IMG/VR virus record: IMGVR_UViG_3300033755_000172
Coordinates: 1-37,696 of that record
Origin: a virus
Taxonomy: Duplodnaviria; Caudoviricetes
Direction: 5' to 3' (one strand)
Length of the DNA stretch: 37,696 bases
Shown in pieces: positions 8,279-15,561 of this stretch. A model generated the notes under the pieces. The model did not search any database, had not been told where the DNA came from, and saw only the letters and a list, made by a program, of their open reading frames with translations. How positions within the stretch are numbered: position 1 is the first letter of the stretch; every line of letters starts with the position of its first letter. Position numbers and translations under genes: made by a program.

Positions 8279-8949
8279 CCACCACCGCGCAGTTTCGCGC
8301 CATCCACGCTGCGCGCCGCGCGCTCGGGATGGAGGACGACGACTATCGCGGCCTTCTCGCAGCGCGTTTCAAGGTCGTTTCATCGCGCGACCTCAGCGAC
8401 GCGCAGGCCGGCGCGCTGATCGACGAGCTGAAAGGACTCGGCGGCGGCGCGCCGGCCGGCCGCTCTCTCGCCAGAACGGCGAGCGGCCGCTACGCGCCGG
8501 TGCTCCAAGCGCTGTGGATTTGCGCCTGGAACCTCGGCCTCGCGCGCTCGCGCGACGACGCGGCGATGCTCGCCTTCGTCGAGCGCCAGACCGGCCTCGC
8601 TCACACCCGCTTCCTCCTCGACCCGACCGACGCCGCCAAGGCGATCGAGGGGCTGAAGGCCTGGATCGCGCGCGACGGCGGCGTCGTCTGGCCGGCTAAG
8701 GGAGAAGCGCGGCTACGCAAGCAGGCGGTGGCGCGGGCGATCGCCGCGCGGCTGCAAGCGGCCGGCGGCTTCGCCTCGTTCGTCGCCGGCCGGGACGCAT
8801 GGCCGTCCGACTTCGAGCTCTACGGCTACCGGCGCGGCCTGCCGTCGGCGTTCTGTTTCTACACCGAGCGCCACTGGGACCGCCTCGCCGGCTACCTCGG
8901 CGCGCGGCTGCGCGCGACGCTCGCCAAACACAGGGAGAGCGCGGCATGA
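8275..8949 (+). CDS. gemA: GemA / Mu gp16 (DUF1018-type) regulatory protein
   Basis: IHAARRALGMEDDDYRGLL...SSRDLS...LQALW...AFVERQTG...AIEGLKAW. Confidence 0.88.
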   Translation: MTTTAQFRAIHAARRALGMEDDDYRGLLAARFKVVSSRDLSDAQAGALIDELKGLGGGAPAGRSLARTASGRYAPVLQALWICAWNLGLARSRDDAAMLAFVERQTGLAHTRFLLDPTDAAKAIEGLKAWIARDGGVVWPAKGEARLRKQAVARAIAARLQAAGGFASFVAGRDAWPSDFELYGYRRGLPSAFCFYTERHWDRLAGYLGARLRATLAKHRESAA

Positions 8950-9476
8950 GACAGGGTTGGACGCAAGGCGCGGCGATCGCCGTTCTGGCGCTGGTCGCCT
9001 TCGCGCCGGCGGCGGCTGGGCAGCCGGCGCCGCGCTACGAGCTGCACTATTCGCCGGCGGAAGACCTCGAAGCGATCGACGTCGCGACGATCGACGGCGC
9101 CGCCCATACCTTCGACGGCGCCGCGTTCGTTCTGACGGACGTGCCGGTGATGGAGGCGCTGACGCGGGCCGCCGAGCGCGGCGTCCGCGTCCGCCTGATC
9201 GTCGACGCGCGCCAGGACCGGCCGCGCGGCGAGCGGATCGACGCGGCGCTCGCCGCGCTGATCGCCGAGCCGACCGTCGTGATCAAGGAAAAGCAGCGCG
9301 GCCCGTGGATGCACCTCAAGGCCTATGTGGTCGACGGCGAGCTGCTGCGCTTCGGCGCGGCCAACTTCACCGCCGGCGGCGAGAAGCGCCAGGACAACGA
9401 CCTGATGCTGACCGACGACCCGGCGCTGATCAAGGCGTTTCAAACCGAGTTCGAAACGCTGTGGGGCCGGCCGTGA
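8946..9476 (+). CDS. Secreted phospholipase-D-family (single HKD, Nuc-like) nuclease or lipase
   Basis: Signal peptide MRQGWTQGAAIAVLALVAFAPAAAG; AAERGVRVRLIVD; MHLKAYVVD...GAANFT...QDND. Confidence 0.85.
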   Translation: MRQGWTQGAAIAVLALVAFAPAAAGQPAPRYELHYSPAEDLEAIDVATIDGAAHTFDGAAFVLTDVPVMEALTRAAERGVRVRLIVDARQDRPRGERIDAALAALIAEPTVVIKEKQRGPWMHLKAYVVDGELLRFGAANFTAGGEKRQDNDLMLTDDPALIKAFQTEFETLWGRP

Positions 9477-9706
9477 GCGCGAGCTTCGACATCGTCTGGG
9501 AAGGGGCGAAGATCGAGACCGTCGACGGGTTTTCAGCGGTGGTCGCGGCGTGCGAGCCGGGCGCCGAGCGCGGGACGCGCAAGGTGTTGCTCGTCGTGAC
9601 GACGCCCGAAGGCGCCCAGCAGACGGTCGCCTTCACGCTATGCCCCGTCGGGCTCGAACCGGTGGCGTCCGCGATCGCGGCGCTGCGCAAGGCGCGGAGC
9701 GCCTGA
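9473..9706 (+). CDS. Hypothetical protein
   Basis: GTGA overlap with the PLD stop; typical codon usage. Confidence 0.55.
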   Translation: MSASFDIVWEGAKIETVDGFSAVVAACEPGAERGTRKVLLVVTTPEGAQQTVAFTLCPVGLEPVASAIAALRKARSA

Positions 9707-9707
9707 C

Positions 9708-10043
9708 ATGCCGACCGTCGACGAAATGGGACGCGAGGCGCTGATGGCGCTGGCCGCGCGCCATTCGCCGGCGGAGCGCGCGCGCGCCGAGGCCGAGGCG
9801 CGGGAAGCGCGCGCGGCGATCGCCAAGCGCGATTACGACCTGATCGCGGCGGAGAGCGTCCGCCTGGCGCGCCAGGCGCGCGAGGCGCTGGGAGCGCCCG
9901 GCGGTCATGAAGCGTTCGAACGCGCCAAGGCGTTGCACGGGGCGGCCGCGACCGCCTTCCTCATCTATCGCCGCCGCCAGCTCGCCGCCTGGCGCGCCCG
10001 GCGCGCGGCGCAACGCGTCGCCAGCAGCGGAGAGGCGCGATGA
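9708..10043 (+). CDS. Hypothetical protein
   Basis: GGAG RBS; operon context. Confidence 0.6.
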   Translation: MPTVDEMGREALMALAARHSPAERARAEAEAREARAAIAKRDYDLIAAESVRLARQAREALGAPGGHEAFERAKALHGAAATAFLIYRRRQLAAWRARRAAQRVASSGEAR

Positions 10044-10279
10044 AGATCGCCGAGCTGATCGACGAGGCGGCGCTGGAGGCGATGGAGCGCGAGCAGTGGG
10101 CCGCCAACCTGGAGCGCTCGATCGCCTTCGGCCACGTCAAGCGTCCGCTTTCCGACGTCACGATGATGCGCTCGCGCTTCCCCGCCATGCGCGCGATTGT
10201 TCGCGCGCTGAAGCTGCTCGCCGTTTGGCGCGACAAGCCGCCGGAAGAATTCATCGCCGAGATCGAGAGGGCGCCATGA
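10040..10279 (+). CDS. Hypothetical protein
   Basis: GGAGG RBS; ATGA overlap. Confidence 0.65.
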   Translation: MKIAELIDEAALEAMEREQWAANLERSIAFGHVKRPLSDVTMMRSRFPAMRAIVRALKLLAVWRDKPPEEFIAEIERAP

Positions 10280-10521
10280 TCGTCAACGTCTCCGATCACG
10301 CGCTGGTGCGCTTTCTCGAACGCGCGGGCGGCTTCGACGTCGAAACCCTGCGCGAGACGATCGGCCTGTCGCTGTCGCGCGCCGCGGAAGCCGCGCGGGC
10401 GATCGGCGCGGCCGAGTACGCCATTCACGCCGACGGCCTGACCTACATCCTCAATCGCGGCGTGGTGGTCACGGTGCTGCGCGACGACGCGGGCGCCCGC
10501 TTCGAGAGGCTGCGGCGGTGA
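10276..10521 (+). CDS. Small phage protein with SDHALVRFLER motif
   Basis: ATGA overlap; MIVNVSDHALVRFLER...VVVTVL. Confidence 0.7.
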   Translation: MIVNVSDHALVRFLERAGGFDVETLRETIGLSLSRAAEAARAIGAAEYAIHADGLTYILNRGVVVTVLRDDAGARFERLRR

Positions 10522-10934
10522 GATACGTGTGGCTCGCCAACCTCTATCGCGAGATCGCCGAAGGCGCGGGCCTCGAAGCCGCGCTCGGCCTCGCCAGGGC
10601 GCGTGGGGGCTTGCGCATTTCGGTGCCGCGCAATCCGCGCGCCGCGCCGTGGCTGACGGCGGCGATGGGCGAGAAGGGCGCGGCGCTGATCTGCGATCTC
10701 TACGGCGGCGAGCTGATCGACCTGCCCGCCGATCCGGTGTCCGGCCAGGGACGCAACGCGCGCGCCCGGCGCGTCCGCGAGGCGATCCGCGAAGGCAGGT
10801 TGTCGGCCAACGAGATCGCCAGCATGGCGGCGGTGACGCGGAGAGCCGTGTTCAAAGCGAAAGCGCAGTTGCGCGAAGCGTCGCCGCAGCCCGATCTCTT
10901 CAGCGCGCTTTGCAAAGGCGAAGCGCGGCGCTAA
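10518..10934 (+). CDS. Mor/C-family transcription activator
   Basis: EIAEGAGLEAALGLARARGGLRISVP...YGGELIDLP; C-terminal HTH (SANEIASMAAVTRRAV); last early gene, just before lysis. Confidence 0.8.
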   Translation: MRYVWLANLYREIAEGAGLEAALGLARARGGLRISVPRNPRAAPWLTAAMGEKGAALICDLYGGELIDLPADPVSGQGRNARARRVREAIREGRLSANEIASMAAVTRRAVFKAKAQLREASPQPDLFSALCKGEARR

Positions 10935-10966
10935 ACAACGCACCCGCATCGACCGAAGCGCCTCAG

Positions 10967-10982
10967 GGTGAAGTTGTTCACC
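10967..10982. promoter_or_regulatory. Late-promoter palindrome 1 (GGTGAA-GTTG-TTCACC), upstream of the lysis block
   Basis: Perfect 6-4-6 inverted repeat, recurring at 20629 and 33551. Confidence 0.7.
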
Positions 10983-11054
10983 ATGCTTTCGGGACGAAGC
11001 CGCTCCTAATCCTCGTCGCGACAGCCGCCAGGCGGCGTCGGCGCGGAGCGGGAC

Positions 11055-11150
11055 ATGCCCATCGACATCAGCGCATCCTTCCGGCCGCCCGATCTCGTCG
11101 AGGCGCTCGCCGCCGCGTGGCTCATCGTCCAGATCATGCTGAGGATGTGA
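11055..11150 (+). CDS. 31-aa peptide with hydrophobic C-terminus (MPIDISASFRPPDLVEALAAAWLIVQIMLRM)
   Basis: GGAG RBS upstream; stop 4 nt before the endolysin start; below the ORF-track cutoff. Confidence 0.5.
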   Translation: MPIDISASFRPPDLVEALAAAWLIVQIMLRM

Positions 11151-11154
11151 ACCC

Positions 11155-11997
11155 GTGACCCAATTGGCCCCCGTCAAGCAAGTCCCGTCGCCGAACTACA
11201 CGCCTACCGCGATCGCCCACGACCTGGTGATCGTGCACCTGATGGAGGGTGGTTACGAGGGCTCGGTCGCCTGGCTATGCATGCCGAAGGTCCAGGCGTC
11301 CGCCCATCTCTGCATGAACGACGACGGAAGCGAGTTCACTCAGCTCGTGCCGCTGTCGATGAAGGCGTGGGCGCAGTGCGCCTTCAACGGCCGCGGCGTC
11401 TCGATCGAGGCGCCCGGCTTCGTCGCCAGGGGCGTCGCCGACGTCACGCTGCGCGCGCTGGCGCGCGCGACGGCGTGGTTGCTCCACGCTTACGGCATCC
11501 CGTGCCAGCACGCCGAGGGCGGCAAGGGGCGAGGGTATTGCTCGCATCACGATCTCGGCGCGGCGGGCGGCAACCACAACGATATCTGCGACGTCGACGA
11601 CTCGACCTGGAAGAAGTTCGAGGGCTTCGTCGAGGAAGAATACGCCGCCTTCGCGGCCGGTCCGCTTCCGACCTGGGCGCTGCACGGCCTGCCCGCGCCG
11701 CACGCCGTCGAGCTGCCGCCGAACGTGACGCCGGAGCCTTCGCATGGCGGCGCGCCGCGCGCCGAGGAAGGCGACGTCGTGGCGCATCCGACGGCGTCGA
11801 ACTTCCCGCACGGGTCGACCGCCGATCTGCAATGGCGGCTCAACAAGGCGGGCGCGACGCCAGCGCTCGCGGTCGACGGCCACGCCGGCCCGCTGACGCG
11901 TGCGGCGCTCGTCGCCTTCCAGAAGGCGCGCAGCCTCGACCCCGACGGTTTGATCGGGCCGAAGACCTGGGCCGCGCTCGATGCAGCCACCGCCTGA
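11155..11997 (+). CDS. Endolysin: N-acetylmuramoyl-L-alanine amidase (Amidase_2-like) with C-terminal peptidoglycan-binding domain
   Basis: SPNY, IVHLMEG, ASAH, KAW, SIE, HHD...HND; C-terminal LQWRL...VDGHAGPLTRAALVAFQ...DGLIGPKTW. Confidence 0.92.
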   Translation: MTQLAPVKQVPSPNYTPTAIAHDLVIVHLMEGGYEGSVAWLCMPKVQASAHLCMNDDGSEFTQLVPLSMKAWAQCAFNGRGVSIEAPGFVARGVADVTLRALARATAWLLHAYGIPCQHAEGGKGRGYCSHHDLGAAGGNHNDICDVDDSTWKKFEGFVEEEYAAFAAGPLPTWALHGLPAPHAVELPPNVTPEPSHGGAPRAEEGDVVAHPTASNFPHGSTADLQWRLNKAGATPALAVDGHAGPLTRAALVAFQKARSLDPDGLIGPKTWAALDAATA

Positions 11998-12051
11998 AAA
12001 CCACGCCGCCTTCGCGGCGGCCTTCAACCCGCTTTGAAACAGGAGTCCGTC

Positions 12052-12249
12052 ATGAAGTGGGTCAGCGCTCTCAAGGGTTTCCGAACTGTCGCGTTCGGCT
12101 TGGTCGTCGCGGTCGCCCCCGCCGCGGTGACCTATCTCGGCGGCGTCGATTGGACGACGCTGGGGATTTCGCCCGGCGTCGCCGGCGCGCTCGGCCTGAT
12201 CGTCGTCGGCCTGCGCGCCATCACCACCACTGCGGTCGGGCAGAAGTGA
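12052..12249 (+). CDS. Holin-like membrane protein (2 TM)
   Basis: AGGAG RBS; 65 aa; two hydrophobic helices; follows the endolysin. Confidence 0.7.
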   Translation: MKWVSALKGFRTVAFGLVVAVAPAAVTYLGGVDWTTLGISPGVAGALGLIVVGLRAITTTAVGQK

Positions 12250-12250
12250 G

Positions 12251-12469
12251 ATGTCGCTCGCCGCGCCTTCCGTCGCCGCTTCGCCGGACGCCTTCGCCGT
12301 CGGCGACATCGTCCGGCTCAATTCCGACGCGCTGCGGATGACCGTCCACGCGGTCGAGGGGCGGCGCGTCGGCTGCCATTGGCACGCCGACGACATGGGG
12401 CTGATCGAGTTCGATTTTGACCCGCGCGAATTGACGCTGGTGCGCCGGCGCGCGGGCGAGGCGAGCTGA
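12251..12469 (+). CDS. YodC/DUF2158-like small protein
   Basis: FAVGDIVRLNS...MTV...CHW...F...EL pattern. Confidence 0.7.
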   Translation: MSLAAPSVAASPDAFAVGDIVRLNSDALRMTVHAVEGRRVGCHWHADDMGLIEFDFDPRELTLVRRRAGEAS

Positions 12470-12473
12470 CGTC

Positions 12474-13118
12474 ATGCTGTCGCACGCCGACCTCGCCGAC
12501 CTCTGCGCGCTCGCCTATCGCGGGCCGCAGAGCGTCACGGTTTCGGTGGACGCGCGCTGCTGCCTGCTGCCGCGCGGCGGCGAGTTGGTCGTCGTCTGCC
12601 CCGGCACGCATCTTGACGATCTCGTCGATTGGCTGCGCGACCTCGACTGGGTTCCGGCGCCGTTCGATAAGATCGGCTGGTGCCACCGGGGCTTCGGCGC
12701 CGGCGCGCGCGACCTGTGGGCGGCGATCCGGCGCGAGCTCCCTTCCGACAAGCGCATCGTCTTCACCGGCCACAGCCTCGGCGGCGCGCTGGCGCTGGGG
12801 CTCGCCGGACTGCATATCGCCGAAGGCCGATCGCCGCCGCGCCTGGTGACTTTCGGCGCGCCGCGCGTCGCCTTCGCGCTCAACTTCGCGCTCCGCCAAC
12901 TCGTCAGGCGCGGGACGCTCGAATGCGTCGAATACCGCCGTCGCGGCGATCCGGTTCCGACCGTGCCGCCGCGGCCGATTTTCAAGCACGTCACGCGCGG
13001 CGTCGCGATCGGCGCGCCGCTGCCGGCGCCCCCGGGCGTCATCGACGAATTCGTGGCCAAGGTCGGCGACCACGACGTTCAACGCTATCGCGCCGACCTT
13101 CAAGCTCTTAACTGCTGA
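12474..13118 (+). CDS. Class 3 lipase (alpha/beta hydrolase)
   Basis: PGT oxyanion segment, HRGF, TGHSLGGALA nucleophile elbow, TFGAPRV, GDPVPTVP (Asp), DHDVQRY (His). Confidence 0.92.
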   Translation: MLSHADLADLCALAYRGPQSVTVSVDARCCLLPRGGELVVVCPGTHLDDLVDWLRDLDWVPAPFDKIGWCHRGFGAGARDLWAAIRRELPSDKRIVFTGHSLGGALALGLAGLHIAEGRSPPRLVTFGAPRVAFALNFALRQLVRRGTLECVEYRRRGDPVPTVPPRPIFKHVTRGVAIGAPLPAPPGVIDEFVAKVGDHDVQRYRADLQALNC

Positions 13119-13128
13119 GGATCGAATC

Positions 13129-13518
13129 ATGTCGCTCCTGAAAACCGCCGCCGTCGCCGCGTTTGTTGCGGGAATGGCGCTTTCCGCGTGCTCGAGCACG
13201 CAGCAGACCGCATTCGACAGCAATCTCGTCGCCACGACGCAGGACGTCGTCGCGCTCAACAACGCGCTGATCCAGGTCGACAAGACGCTGATCGGCGACG
13301 CGGTGGCGCAGGCAAAGCTGCTCGCGCCTTACCAATGCGGCGCTTACGCGCTCGGCGCGGCGATCCTCGGCGACTCGACGGCGGCGACCAAGGTCAATGC
13401 GTTCATCAAGAAGGACGTCGCCGCAGGCGTGGCGACCGCGGCGGTGAAGGACATCTGCGCCGCGCTCGGCCAGTCGACGACGGTCACCTCGGCGACCTCG
13501 GCCGGCTCGGGGAGCTGA
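13129..13518 (+). CDS. Lipoprotein (possible spanin component or lipase partner)
   Basis: GAGG RBS; signal MSLLKTAAVAAFVAGMALSA|C with lipobox LSAC. Confidence 0.75.
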   Translation: MSLLKTAAVAAFVAGMALSACSSTQQTAFDSNLVATTQDVVALNNALIQVDKTLIGDAVAQAKLLAPYQCGAYALGAAILGDSTAATKVNAFIKKDVAAGVATAAVKDICAALGQSTTVTSATSAGSGS

Positions 13519-13521
13519 CAG

Positions 13522-13953
13522 GTGGCCGCGCCGTTCGTCGCCTTCGTCGTCGCGTTCCTGACCGGCGCGACGCTGCCCGCCGCGGCGACGCAGGCCGCGT
13601 TCGGCGGCGCGGGAGCGGCGCTGGTCGCCATCGACGCGAAGGCGGCGACCGTCTACGCCGACCTCGACGCGCTGTGCGCGGCGACGGACGCACCGCGCGA
13701 CCGATTGAGCGCGGCGGCGGCGGCGGCGAAGCCGAAAAGCCTGTTGAAGCGCGCGCTCGCCGCGGGCGCGGCGCGCATGGAGCGCGACGCCGACATCGTC
13801 TGCGCCGCGGCCGAGCGGCCGAACACGCCGGCCGGGCGGCTCGCCGCGGCGGGCGCGGCGCTGGCGGCGATCGCGCGCGCCGACGGGCTCGTCCCGCCGG
13901 CGACGGCGGAAGACGCGCCGGCCGGCGCGGCGATCTCACGACGCGGGAAATGA
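13522..13953 (+). CDS. Exported or membrane-anchored Ala-rich protein
   Basis: Hydrophobic N-terminus; helical Ala-rich body with two Cys. Confidence 0.55.
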   Translation: MAAPFVAFVVAFLTGATLPAAATQAAFGGAGAALVAIDAKAATVYADLDALCAATDAPRDRLSAAAAAAKPKSLLKRALAAGAARMERDADIVCAAAERPNTPAGRLAAAGAALAAIARADGLVPPATAEDAPAGAAISRRGK

Positions 13954-13962
13954 GGGGCGGCG

Positions 13963-14283
13963 ATGCTCGAATGGAGCGAACTGTGGCAGGCGGCGACGGC
14001 GCTTGGCTCGGTGGGCGCGCTGGCGCTGTCGGTCTACGCCGTGCTCAGCGCCCGCAACCGGCAGGATGTCGCGGAACTAATCGACTCCAAGAACCGACAC
14101 GAGACGCGGCTGGCGAGGATCGAAACTGAGGTCGCGCACCTGCCCGGCGCCCAGACGGTGCACGAGCTGCAGCTTTCGATGACGGAGATGAAGGGGCAGC
14201 TCGCCGTCATCGTCGAGCGCGTCGCGCCGATCAAGGCGATCGCCGAGCGATTGCAGGAGAACCTTCTGGAGCACGGGCGGTGA
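13963..14283 (+). CDS. Mu gp25-like (DUF2730-type) membrane-anchored coiled-coil protein
   Basis: N-terminal TM; RLARIETEVAHLP...VHELQLSMTEMKG; position before gp26/gp27. Confidence 0.75.
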   Translation: MLEWSELWQAATALGSVGALALSVYAVLSARNRQDVAELIDSKNRHETRLARIETEVAHLPGAQTVHELQLSMTEMKGQLAVIVERVAPIKAIAERLQENLLEHGR

Positions 14284-14582
14284 GTCTTTCCGAGATCATG
14301 GAGCGCGAAGCGCGCCTCGTCGTGTTGCGCATGCTCGCCGAGCAGTCGGACCGGCGGCTCAATTCGTCGCTGCTGCGCGACGAGCTGGCCGAACGCTGGG
14401 CGATCAACCGCACGCGCGACTGGCTGCACACGCAGTTGCGCTTCCTCGCCGACGTCGGCGCGATCCATCTGACCGAAGCGGGCTCGGTGCTGATCGCCGA
14501 AATCACGCTCCGCGGCCTCGACCATGTCGAGCGACGCATCGCGCTGGACGGCGTCAAGCGGCCTTCGCCGCCGGAGAGCTGA
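14280..14582 (+). CDS. Mu gp26-like protein
   Basis: RLVVLRML...LNSSLL...TRDWLHTQLRFLAD.G...ITLRGLDHVE...GVKRPSP. Confidence 0.85.
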   Translation: MSLSEIMEREARLVVLRMLAEQSDRRLNSSLLRDELAERWAINRTRDWLHTQLRFLADVGAIHLTEAGSVLIAEITLRGLDHVERRIALDGVKRPSPPES

Positions 14583-14584
14583 AG

Positions 14585-15163
14585 ATGGGAACCGCCGACC
14601 GTCTCGGCCGCGGGCGGCTATCCTCGCTCGACCTCGCGCCCGAAGAGGCGCAGGACGACATCTTCTGGGCGATGGGCGAGCTCAACCAGCGAGCCCGCAC
14701 TCAGGCCGACATCCTCTCCGAGCTCAACGGGCGCCTCGCCGACAAGGGCTGCCCGCTGATCTCGAAGTCGGCGTTCAACCGCAAGGCGATGCGGGTGGCG
14801 GCGGCGGCGGCGCGGCTCTCCGAGCGCCGCGCGCTGTTCGAGGGCCTGGCGCCGCAGTTCACCGCCGAGCGGATGGACGAGGCCAACGTCGTCATCGGAG
14901 AATTGATCAAGACGCTGATCACGGAAATGCTCGACGCCGACGCCGGCTCCTTCACGCCCAAGGGGGCGATGGAGCTGGCGCGCGCGCTCAAGCACAGCGT
15001 CGAGGCGCAGACGATCTCCAGCGAGGCCAAGCGCCGCGCGCTCGACGCGGCGAGCCGCCAGGTCGGCGCGGCGGTCGACAAGGTCGCCAGGGAGAAGGGC
15101 ATCACCGCCGAGACGCGGGCGCGGATCATGGAGCAGCTCGGCGTCATCCAAAGGGCGGCGTGA
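14585..15163 (+). CDS. Mu gp27-like (DUF3486) protein, putative terminase small subunit
   Basis: GRGRLSSLDL.P...ISKSAFNR...KGITAETRARI..LG. Confidence 0.85.
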   Translation: MGTADRLGRGRLSSLDLAPEEAQDDIFWAMGELNQRARTQADILSELNGRLADKGCPLISKSAFNRKAMRVAAAAARLSERRALFEGLAPQFTAERMDEANVVIGELIKTLITEMLDADAGSFTPKGAMELARALKHSVEAQTISSEAKRRALDAASRQVGAAVDKVAREKGITAETRARIMEQLGVIQRAA

Positions 15164-15561
15164 TGTTGGCCGAGGGACAAGCCGCGCCGGCGCCGGCGGA
15201 TGATCGGTCAAGATATGCGCTGATTGCGCGAGCGCTGGCCGGTTGCTCGTTCCTGCCGGGCTGCTGGGACAAGCGCTTCGCGCGCGACATGGCGTTCATC
15301 GCCGAGCATTCGCGCGAAAAGGACTTCAGCGAGCGCCAGCGCGTCCACCTGGTGCGTCTCGCGCACAAGTATCGCCGCCAGCTCGCGACCGCGACGGTCA
15401 TGCTCGCGCAGGATCTCGCCGAGGCCGCCGCCGAACGGCGCGTGGCCGCCGGCCTTGGGGCGCTAGCGGACTTCTCGCCGCGCGAGCGGCCGAGGCGTCC
15501 GAGAACGAAGAAGGCGACGGCCGCTGCGCTGGCGGACCCCGCGCAAGGGGTGCTGCTATGA
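15163..15561 (+). CDS. Hypothetical protein inserted between the terminase subunits
   Basis: TGATG and ATGA overlaps; WDKRFARDM...FSERQRVHL motif. Confidence 0.65.
   Translation: MLAEGQAAPAPADDRSRYALIARALAGCSFLPGCWDKRFARDMAFIAEHSREKDFSERQRVHLVRLAHKYRRQLATATVMLAQDLAEAAAERRVAAGLGALADFSPRERPRRPRTKKATAAALADPAQGVLL

Noticed and set aside
11998-12030. Terminator between endolysin and holin
   Set aside because: Short GC stem without a U tract
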